Assembly: GCF_008065095.1 (NCBI RefSeq)
Contig: NZ_CP042911.1
Coordinates: 6,180,001-6,212,000 of the forward strand
Reading direction: 5' to 3'
Length of the DNA: 32,000 bases
Source of the DNA: Gemmata obscuriglobus
Lineage (GTDB): Bacteria > Planctomycetota > Planctomycetia > Gemmatales > Gemmataceae
Numbering within the stretch: the first letter of the stretch is position 1; the number at the start of each line of letters is the position of its first letter. The notes below the pieces were generated by a model. The model worked only from the letters and a program-made list of their open reading frames with translations, was not told the DNA's origin and ran no database searches. Positions 25,515-32,000 of the stretch are shown one piece after another. Position numbers and translations under genes: made by a program.

Positions 25515-25608
25515 GGTTCTCGGCACGTTGGTTGCTTTTGTGTGCCACGTCGCGGCGCCCGCCGCGCCCAGGCAGGTACGCTGCCTTCAACCGACGAGGA
25601 ATGGCACC

Positions 25609-25980
25609 ATGTCCCATACCACCGATAAGCTGAAAGACGCCGGCCAGCGCATCGCGGACAACGTCGCCCACGCGGCCGACTGGGTCAAGGAAAAGACGGG
25701 CGTCGGTCCGGGCCGCGCCGAAGGTTCCGACGCCGGGGTCGCGGGCATCCGCGCGCACATGGACGTGATCGCATCGTGCGGTAAGAAGATCGGCGTCGTC
25801 GATCACCTTGATGGCAACGTGATCAAGCTCACGAAAGACAGCTTCGGCGATGACCAGCACCATTACGTTCCCACGTCGATGGTCGACCACGTGGACCGGC
25901 ACGTCCACCTGAACAAGAATTCGGAAGAGGCCGCGCAGTGGTGTTCCACGGACGCCTCGACCTGCGGGCTCGTAGGATAG
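25609..25980 (+). CDS. DUF2171-like small protein
   Basis: GAGGA lies 8 nt upstream of the ATG at 25609. IRAHMDVIASCGKKIGVVDHLDGNVIKLTKDSFGDDQHHYVPTSMVDHVDRHVHLNKNSEEA matches the DUF2171 pattern (H.eV.g.dG..vG.VD...g..IKLtk......HH.iP...V..vd..V.L). Confidence 0.8.
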   Translation: MSHTTDKLKDAGQRIADNVAHAADWVKEKTGVGPGRAEGSDAGVAGIRAHMDVIASCGKKIGVVDHLDGNVIKLTKDSFGDDQHHYVPTSMVDHVDRHVHLNKNSEEAAQWCSTDASTCGLVG

Positions 25981-25995
25981 TACCCTCCGACTCAT

Positions 25996-26042
25996 AACCG
26001 CAACGCCCCCGGCGACCGCATCGCCGGGGGCGTTGCGGTTTT
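25996..26042 (+). terminator. strong GC hairpin terminator after the DUF2171 gene
   Basis: AACCGCAACGCCCCCGGCGA (25996-26015), loop CCGCA, TCGCCGGGGGCGTTGCGGTT (26021-26040), followed by TT. A 20-bp perfect stem lying 16 nt after the stop. Confidence 0.8.
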
Positions 26043-26124
26043 ACGGTTGCTTCCGCGACCGAGAAAAATGCGGACCCGCCGCCCACCGTACCGGAGTACT
26101 TACCGAACCCGGTATGGAGCGAGC

Positions 26125-26394
26125 ATGAACCGCATTCCGATTTCTTCCCCCCGAACGACCCGCGCGCCGGCCGTCGGCTGGCTTCGCGCCCTCCTCCCGG
26201 CGAGCGAGTGGGACACACGCTCCGACGCCGAGTTGCTCGACCGATTCGTGCGCTACACCGTGCTTCCGGCGTTTGAGGCGCTGTTACGCCGGCACGGTCC
26301 GCTGGTTTGGGGCGTTTACCGGCTGGGCCTTGCCCACGCGCCAGATGTGGACAACACTTTAGCCGGGAAATGCAAACGGTTACGGAGTGTATGA
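26125..26394 (+). pseudogene. truncated N-terminal fragment of an ECF sigma-70 factor
   Basis: SDAELLDRFVRYTVLPAFEALLRRHGPLVWGVYRLGLAHAPDVD resembles the region 2 opening of planctomycete ECF sigmas (sDaELL.RFv...DeaAFeaLv.RHGPmV.gVCrrvL....DAeD). Similarity is lost after about 26350, there is no region 4, and stop is at 26394. Confidence 0.55.
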
Positions 26395-26629
26395 GTTAGC
26401 GTACGACACCCTCCGCATCTCGTACCGGGTGTCCGCACCGCGGTCGCTACGAACGCTCGAGTTCAAAGCCGGGGTTGAGGAAGCGCTGGCCGGGAGCGAT
26501 GCGGCGCAGCTCGGCCGCCGTCAGACCGCCGGCTCGCTCCTTGAGCTCAAACGAGCGGAATCGCCCTGATGGCAGCCCAATCGTCAACATCAGGCACCAA
26601 TCCGGGCGCCACATCTGGTGAAACCCGGA

Positions 26630-27445
26630 TCACTTCCTCGTTTGAAGTTTCAGGAACTCCACGATCCGCTCGGGCGCGCCCGCGGGGACGTTGTGCGCGC
26701 CGGGGTGAATGAACGTCACCACCGGCGGCCCGTTCGTCGAGGTGTACTGCGTGCAGTATCTACCGGCCTCCTTGCCCTTCTCGTCGCACTTGTTGAGCTT
26801 TCGGAGTTGGTCCATCGTCTTTTCCTGCGTCGCGAACGGCACGATCTTGTCCTTCTCGCCCGCGACGTGCAGTACCGGTAGCGGCTTCATGTTCATCGCG
26901 TCCCTCGGGTTGATCGCACCCGCAACCGGCGCGGCGGCGGCCAACTTGTCGTGCCGCGCCGCACACAGCACGTATGTGAAAAAGCCGCCGTTCGAGTGCC
27001 CCGTCGAGTACACTCGCTTCTCGTCGATGCTCTCCTCCGCCACCAGTGACTTCAGCATGGCATCGAAGAACTCCAGGTCGCGGTCCTTTTGATCACCGAC
27101 GAACTTCTGCCAGCCCGGCAACCGGCCCATCGGATCGAGTACCGGTACAGCGGTGGGTAGCCCCTGCGGGTAGACACACACCGCCTCGGGCCAGTGTTTG
27201 TGAATGGCGAACGACCGGGCCGAAAGTTCGGACTTACCGCCGTGCCCGTGGAACACGAACACCAACGGCCGCTTCGTGCCGGTGACCGCCGGTGCGTACA
27301 CCAGCGCCTCGCGCGTCACGTCGCCCACCTTCCACGTTCGCGATTTGAGCCGGCCGTTGTCCGCTTTGCCCTCCGGTTGGGCCGCAAACGAACCTGTAAC
27401 CAACCCGACGAGGGTGAACGTCATCACAGCCGAGCGCAGAAACAT
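26630..27445 (-). CDS. secreted alpha/beta-hydrolase, PHB-depolymerase/esterase (LpqC-like) family
   Basis: Signal peptide from the ATG at 27445 (MFLRSAVMTFTLVGLVTGSFAAQ). PLVFVFHGHGG oxyanion region. GHSNGG nucleophile elbow. HVAGEKDKIVP and HPGAHNVP acid/His motifs. Confidence 0.85.
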   Translation of the reverse strand: MFLRSAVMTFTLVGLVTGSFAAQPEGKADNGRLKSRTWKVGDVTREALVYAPAVTGTKRPLVFVFHGHGGKSELSARSFAIHKHWPEAVCVYPQGLPTAVPVLDPMGRLPGWQKFVGDQKDRDLEFFDAMLKSLVAEESIDEKRVYSTGHSNGGFFTYVLCAARHDKLAAAAPVAGAINPRDAMNMKPLPVLHVAGEKDKIVPFATQEKTMDQLRKLNKCDEKGKEAGRYCTQYTSTNGPPVVTFIHPGAHNVPAGAPERIVEFLKLQTRK

Positions 27446-27548
27446 GCGCGACACCTCAGAGGTAATGGCAACCGACGGCACCCGAAGAACCCACGGACTC
27501 GGCGTCGGTTACATGGGGCAAACGGTTTCACTCGGCCGCGCCAGTAGG

Positions 27549-28130
27549 ATGCACGGCAACGATCAGGAACGGCGGATGCTGACCAACGACCAGCGCGAGC
27601 GGATCGGAGCGTGGGTAACCGCAGTCGGCCCCCGCGCGGTCGCGTACGCGCGGTCGCTCGTTCGCGACCCGTCGCGCGCGGAGGACGTGGTTCAAGAGTG
27701 CTTCTACCGCCTCCTGCGCCGGGCGAACGAATACGACCTTGAGCGCGACGGCATCAAGTTGTTACTCAAAGCGATATCCAACCTGTGCATCAACCAAGCG
27801 ACGCGCGAAAAGGCTTTGCTGAGTCTGGATTCCTCAACCGACCCGGACGACGGACCGGTCACCCTCTCCGACCCGGCGGCACTCAGCCCCGAACGGATCG
27901 CCCAGCACCGCGAGCTTCAGGACGCCGTTCGGGACGGGCTCCAGACGCTTCCGCCGCTCCAGCGGGCCGCCGTCGAGTTGCGGGCGCTGGGGATGTCGAA
28001 GGACGAGATCGCCGACGCGCTGGGCGTGTCCGCGACCAACGCCGGTGTGCTCGTGTACCGCGGGCGCCAGTTGTTGGCCCGCGCGCTCGAGCCGCACCTC
28101 AGAGGTGAGGTTCCGCAGGAAAACGTGTAA
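27549..28130 (+). CDS. ECF-type RNA polymerase sigma-70 factor
   Basis: Region 2 (AEDVVQECFYRLLRR...LLLKAISNLCINQ) and region 4 (LPPLQRAAVELRALGMSKDEIADALGVSATNAGVLVYRGRQLL). Candidate starts at 27513, 27549 and 27576. The earlier part of the track ORF is antisense to the esterase gene. Confidence 0.85.
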   Translation: MHGNDQERRMLTNDQRERIGAWVTAVGPRAVAYARSLVRDPSRAEDVVQECFYRLLRRANEYDLERDGIKLLLKAISNLCINQATREKALLSLDSSTDPDDGPVTLSDPAALSPERIAQHRELQDAVRDGLQTLPPLQRAAVELRALGMSKDEIADALGVSATNAGVLVYRGRQLLARALEPHLRGEVPQENV

Positions 28131-28201
28131 CTCACCCTAGTAGAGTGGGTTGTTACACTCAACCGCCGCTGACGGAGCGGACAACTTACCGAGACGCGGT
28201 T

Positions 28202-29149
28202 ATGCCCCCTCCCGGCTCGTTTCCTGAACCCGAACCCGGAATCGACGCCAGCGTGCGCGCGCAACTCGACGCCGAAGCAGCTCGTTCCGATGGTCGGATC
28301 ATGGCTGAAAGCGTTCTCGCCCGACTCGACGCCGGCGCCGAACCGCGCCAGCGCCGTCGGCCGGGTTGGAAATCGGCTGCGGGGCTGATCGCGATCGGGG
28401 CGATGGCCGCGGCGGTCGTGGTCGCAGTGTTCGCCCTGTCCGGACCGCGCGAGGTTGCGGCGGCTCCCACGCCAGAGGCAGCGATTCGGGACGCCCGGGT
28501 CGCCTACACGCGAAACGCTACCCGCTGCTACCGGGTGACGATTGACGCCCGAGGCCGGGAAGTTTTTCCGCTGCTCGCGCAGGAGGCGGAGCGCACGCTC
28601 TGCACCCGCGGGGACCGGTTCGTGGTCGAGCCCGGGTTCGGCGGAAAGGGCGCCTGGGGGAGCGACGGGGCCGGCCGCGTGTGGGTCGCACCGACCCTCG
28701 ACGGCGCGGCGGCGTTCACCGAGGTTGAACTGCCACAGGGGCTCCGGAACGTCGTGAAAATTCATGAGCTCGAGCCCGACACGCTCCTCGATGAGGTACT
28801 CGCATCGTTCGAGATGGACTGGTCCGAACCGCCCACTGCCAGCACCCAAACCTACTCCGTCGAGGCCACCCGTCGCGGTGAAGCACCTCCACTGCAACTC
28901 GCGTCGGCTCGACTCGTGATCGACAAAATCAACAAGACCGTGCGGTCGCTCGAACTGAAACGTCGCGGCCTCACGAACGGATACGCGACGCTCACGTTCG
29001 CACTGACCGGAGCCGTTGAGAGGGACGACGCGGCGTTCACTCCGGAGGGTCACATCCGGCGCGGTGCTCCGGTTTACGGTCGGAGTAAACCGCTCCTCCG
29101 CCACCGGCTCTTGCGCCAACACCTCGGCGATGCCCTGCTTGGGGGGTGA
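28202..29149 (+). CDS. single-pass membrane protein downstream of the ECF sigma (candidate non-ZAS anti-sigma/sensor)
   Basis: ATG at 28202. Cytoplasmic N-terminus of about 60 aa without an HxxxCxxC motif. TM segment AAGLIAIGAMAAAVVVAVFAL. Extracytoplasmic domain of about 230 aa. Role inferred from position only. Confidence 0.6.
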   Translation: MPPPGSFPEPEPGIDASVRAQLDAEAARSDGRIMAESVLARLDAGAEPRQRRRPGWKSAAGLIAIGAMAAAVVVAVFALSGPREVAAAPTPEAAIRDARVAYTRNATRCYRVTIDARGREVFPLLAQEAERTLCTRGDRFVVEPGFGGKGAWGSDGAGRVWVAPTLDGAAAFTEVELPQGLRNVVKIHELEPDTLLDEVLASFEMDWSEPPTASTQTYSVEATRRGEAPPLQLASARLVIDKINKTVRSLELKRRGLTNGYATLTFALTGAVERDDAAFTPEGHIRRGAPVYGRSKPLLRHRLLRQHLGDALLGG

Positions 29150-29191
29150 GTTGTTGGGACTACGAACCATGTCACGCACCCGAGGCCGCCA

Positions 29192-29809
29192 TTACCGCTT
29201 GCGCCGCTTCATCATCGCGAGCCACGCGCCGAGCGCCGCGAACCCGCCCATAAACACCTCGCGCTGCTCGACGATTCGCACCCAGTCGATCTCGATCGGC
29301 ACTTTCACTTCTGGGACAGCCTTTGGCGTCGCCAGTTCGGTCAACTTCGCTTTCAGCTCCACCGTCCGCTTACGGTCCGGCGTGCCGGCAAAAGGGCCAC
29401 CTTTGCGAAGCACCGCGCCGCCGAGCGAAACCGGTGCGAATGCACTTCCGCGGCCGGCATACGCGGTGACTTCAGGGTCGAGCCGACCATCGCCGTTCGC
29501 AACGCGTTCGACGCCCCGGCGGGTGCGGAAGATCAAAACGTAGTCCGGTGTCTCGCGCGTGCCGGTCGGCGGAGCGTCTCGCAGCACAACAAACTCGGGT
29601 TCTCCCCACCCACTTTCACCCTTCACGAACAGTAAGCCCCGAGGGGTCGCGCCGTGCGCGGCCGGCACGAGAGCAATCGCCCGCGCATCGGCTAATGGCA
29701 CCGACGGCGGGATCGAGTCGAGGATGTCCGCAGCGCCGAGAATGGTTTCTGCGGACGCGGGCGTGAGTGACAGGGCGGTGACAACAACGCACAGTGAGTA
29801 GCGGACCAT
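29192..29809 (-). CDS. divergent SYLF(DUF500)-like protein with C-terminal TM/basic tail
   Basis: Signal peptide MVRYSLCVVVTALSLTPASA. Weak SYLF-like core (ARAIALVPAA..., YVLIFRTRRGVERV, AYAGRGSAFAPVSLGGAVL). Shares the LKAKLxE...KxVP motif with the neighbouring SYLF gene. Ends FMGGFAALGAWLAMMKRRKR. Confidence 0.6.
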   Translation of the reverse strand: MVRYSLCVVVTALSLTPASAETILGAADILDSIPPSVPLADARAIALVPAAHGATPRGLLFVKGESGWGEPEFVVLRDAPPTGTRETPDYVLIFRTRRGVERVANGDGRLDPEVTAYAGRGSAFAPVSLGGAVLRKGGPFAGTPDRKRTVELKAKLTELATPKAVPEVKVPIEIDWVRIVEQREVFMGGFAALGAWLAMMKRRKR

Positions 29810-29986
29810 GACAACCTCCGTGTCGTGGGTCGCTCTGAGAGTTGCACTTGTCGGGCCGAAAGCTGTGCCAGTTCGTGCGGTCTTGACGCCGCGCGAGGGA
29901 GTTTGGGCAAGGGTTAACAGCTACAAAAACAACGTGACCGGACCGGCGGAGACTTCCACCGGCCCGGTCACGTTATGCTGTTACGA

Positions 29987-30760
29987 TTAAGGGCGCGGCG
30001 GCACAGGAGGCGCCGCCGGGGTCGGGATTGGAGTCGGGGCCGAGGACGGCGGCGTCGGAACGGGCGGCATCAGAACCGGCGCGCCCGGCTGGGCCGCAGG
30101 CACCGGCTTTTCGGTGCTCATCTCGACCAACTTCGCCTTCAAGCTATCAGCCAGTTTCAGCTCCGCTTCGCGCCCGGGTTGCCGGAACTGCATGTTGTTC
30201 CGGCGGTTGGCGTGAATGGTGGTACCGTCCAGCGACACGCCGGCGAACAGCCCGCGGCTCCGTGAGTACGACACGATCTCTGCTTCGAGTTTGGCATCGG
30301 TGGCCGCTGCCGCCATCCGCCCCACGGGACCGGCCGCCACGGACGCGTCAGCGCCAAGGGTCAGCTTCCCCTTGCCTTCAAGCAACCGGTCGAGAGTCTT
30401 GCGGTTGCGGAACACCAGCACAACGTCGGTGGACTCGACGCCGGCCTGGAACCCAACGCTCGCACCACCAAGGTCAACGAACACGGGATCGGACCAGTTC
30501 CCGTCTTTCTCTTTGACGAGCACAACGCCGTGCCCGCCGCGACCACCGACCACGAATCCGGCCTTGATCACACGGGGCACGATCACCACACCGTGCGCGT
30601 CAGCCAGCAACTTTGCCGGAATGCCTTTGAGAGGGATGCTGTTCAGGTCGGCGAGCACCTCCTCGGCGTGTTCGAGGGTCTTGGCGTTGCTCGGCGGTAG
30701 AGCCGCGACAGGAGCGACACACACAGCGACCGCACCGGCCGCAAGTAAGAACCGCATCAT
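29987..30760 (-). CDS. SYLF (DUF500/Ysc84-like) lipid-binding domain protein with Pro-rich tail
   Basis: ATG at 30760 (MMRFLLAAGAVAV). AHGVVIVPRVIKAGFVVGGRGGHGVVLV, GGASVGFQAGVESTDVVLVF, LTLGADASVAAGPVGR and SYSRSRGLFAGVSLDG are canonical SYLF motifs. C-terminal PVPTPPSSAPTPIPTPAAPPVPPRP. Confidence 0.88.
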   Translation of the reverse strand: MMRFLLAAGAVAVCVAPVAALPPSNAKTLEHAEEVLADLNSIPLKGIPAKLLADAHGVVIVPRVIKAGFVVGGRGGHGVVLVKEKDGNWSDPVFVDLGGASVGFQAGVESTDVVLVFRNRKTLDRLLEGKGKLTLGADASVAAGPVGRMAAAATDAKLEAEIVSYSRSRGLFAGVSLDGTTIHANRRNNMQFRQPGREAELKLADSLKAKLVEMSTEKPVPAAQPGAPVLMPPVPTPPSSAPTPIPTPAAPPVPPRP

Positions 30761-30943
30761 TGTTTCATCTCCTTCACCGGATCCAAACTTCCGACTGCGA
30801 AACTGTGATGCAATCACGGCGCCGCGAGGCGCAATTTGTTTCCCGGATTACACTTCGCAGTCGAAACATGCGCCGAATGTAGGAAATGCGTCGGTCACAC
30901 AAGGTAGGCCGGCAGCAATCGACGGTCCGGCACTTCGAATGGC

Positions 30944-32000
30944 TTACAGCACCGGGATCAAGCCGTGCGGTTGATCCGCTGCCGGTTCGGGGCTGGTGGA
31001 CTCTGTGTGAATAAGCGGAAGTAATTCTTCTACCGCCTGCCGCACGCGCGGCGACGGATCGTCTGCCGCCGCGTGAACCACTGCGGCCGCCCGCGCGTTC
31101 GCAGAATCGGCCTCGAGAACGGCGCCGGCTGCCACCATCCGCACCCGTACGTTCGGGTCGTCCAGAAGGTCTAGCATCAGGTCCGACCGTTCGGCCGCCG
31201 GGGCGAGCCGGAGTGCAAGCGCCGCGTTCAATCGCAGCCCGTCGTTGGGGTCGGTCAGGCATTCGCGGAGCGGCAGAACCGCACCGGACGGGAGTTCGGC
31301 CAGTCGCGCGAGCGCGTGCGCCGCGTTCGCACGAACCTGGGTTTCAGGGTCGTGAAGCGCCTCGACCAGCGCCGAAGCGGCCGACTCGGGAACTTCTGAC
31401 ACCCGTATCCACCCCGCAGAAGCAACCAACCGCACCGGCACCTCCGGGTCGGACATGCCGGACGTAAACGCTTCGACGGCTTCGGGAGGTTGAATCATGG
31501 CGAGCGCACGCATCGCCTGCTCGCGCACCCCGGCCTCGCCGGTGCGCGCGGCGCGGAGCAAAGCCGCGCCGGCCTTTACGGCCGCCGGCCCGAGCCGCGC
31601 GAGTGCCTGCGACGCGGCGGCTTGTACCCAGTCGCTGTCGTCTGCGGTCAGCGCCTCGCACAGCCCGTTAACGACCGCATCAGTCCCCTGAACCCACTTC
31701 GAGAGCGTTTCGCACACCTGCACCTTAACCTGATCGTTCGGGTCGCGCAATAGGGGCAGTAAGTCGGCCAGCAGGTCTTCCGGCGGCTGGTCCCACGCCG
31801 CCGCGGCCGCCGCGGCCCCGGTCCGCACCAGCGGGTCGGTGTCCTTGAACGCCTCGCGCACGAGTCGCGCTGTACCAATTGTCGGCGAGCCCAACGTGCC
31901 CAGCCCGCGCACGGCCCGGGCGCGAACCGCACCGTCCTCATCAGCGGCCGCTTTTTCCAGCGCCGCCCGCGCCATCCCCGCGGACGATCCGAGTTTGCCC
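30944..32000 (-). CDS. HEAT-repeat (PBS-lyase type) protein, 5' end outside the window
   Basis: About 10 repeats of D(P/D)xxxVRxxAaxALxxLG (DEDGAVRARAVRGLGTLG, DPETQVRANAAHALARL, DPNVRVRMVAAGAVLE, DPSPRVRQAVEEL). The frame stays open upstream of M31975 to the window edge (..GKLGSSAG). Confidence 0.85.
   Translation of the reverse strand, partial: GKLGSSAGMARAALEKAAADEDGAVRARAVRGLGTLGSPTIGTARLVREAFKDTDPLVRTGAAAAAAAWDQPPEDLLADLLPLLRDPNDQVKVQVCETLSKWVQGTDAVVNGLCEALTADDSDWVQAAASQALARLGPAAVKAGAALLRAARTGEAGVREQAMRALAMIQPPEAVEAFTSGMSDPEVPVRLVASAGWIRVSEVPESAASALVEALHDPETQVRANAAHALARLAELPSGAVLPLRECLTDPNDGLRLNAALALRLAPAAERSDLMLDLLDDPNVRVRMVAAGAVLEADSANARAAAVVHAAADDPSPRVRQAVEELLPLIHTESTSPEPAADQPHGLIPVL

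Noticed and set aside
26365-26381. GCAAACGGTTACGG, resembling the IS66 right terminus GTGAACGCTTACGG
   Set aside because: Only about 9 of 12 terminal positions match. The orientation would place the IS body over the ECF fragment, and there is no partner end or TSD.

Overview
High-GC bacterial chromosomal window. The gene content suggests Planctomycetota, probably a Gemmata-like organism; this is inference only. It rests on a DUF1559/H-X9-DG pseudopilin-like protein, exported WD40, FG-GAP and PQQ-type propellers, ECF sigma factors, and an ILADALQDAGC...HVRGCWVVDL tail motif. Housekeeping-type blocks are: M50 protease, class V aminotransferase, coaD, two propeller proteins, an MDR dehydrogenase, an EmrAB-type pump, an ECF sigma module, SYLF proteins and a HEAT protein. 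Two scarred accessory zones interrupt these blocks. Zone 1 (about 8.9-14.5 kb) starts with a 1.2-kb gap that has no credible coding frame and carries nested palindromes. It also holds a 122-bp MITE-like element and a complete single-ORF IS66-family IS with a perfect 8-bp target duplication. That IS splits a low-GC secreted-protein gene, which can be rejoined in frame. Orphan genes follow. Zone 2 (about 21.1-26.6 kb) holds a transposase C-terminal relic and a 117-bp element with 25-bp perfect inverted arms. It also holds an IS110 3' relic, a complete ISKra4-like IS, and a truncated ECF sigma gene. The ISKra4-like IS has 19-bp IRs and a 9-bp duplication, and its transposase is broken at a T5C6 run. 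No CRISPR array, rRNA or convincing tRNA was found. The best candidate for an unexplained system is at the left edge. There an E1-like ThiF/MoeB adenylyltransferase lacks a crossover-loop cysteine, and its 3' end is overlapped by the start of an uncharacterised three-module protein. Any partners would lie upstream, outside the window, so I cannot call it a system from this sequence. Many long ORFs in the track are antisense or alternate-frame artefacts of the high GC content.
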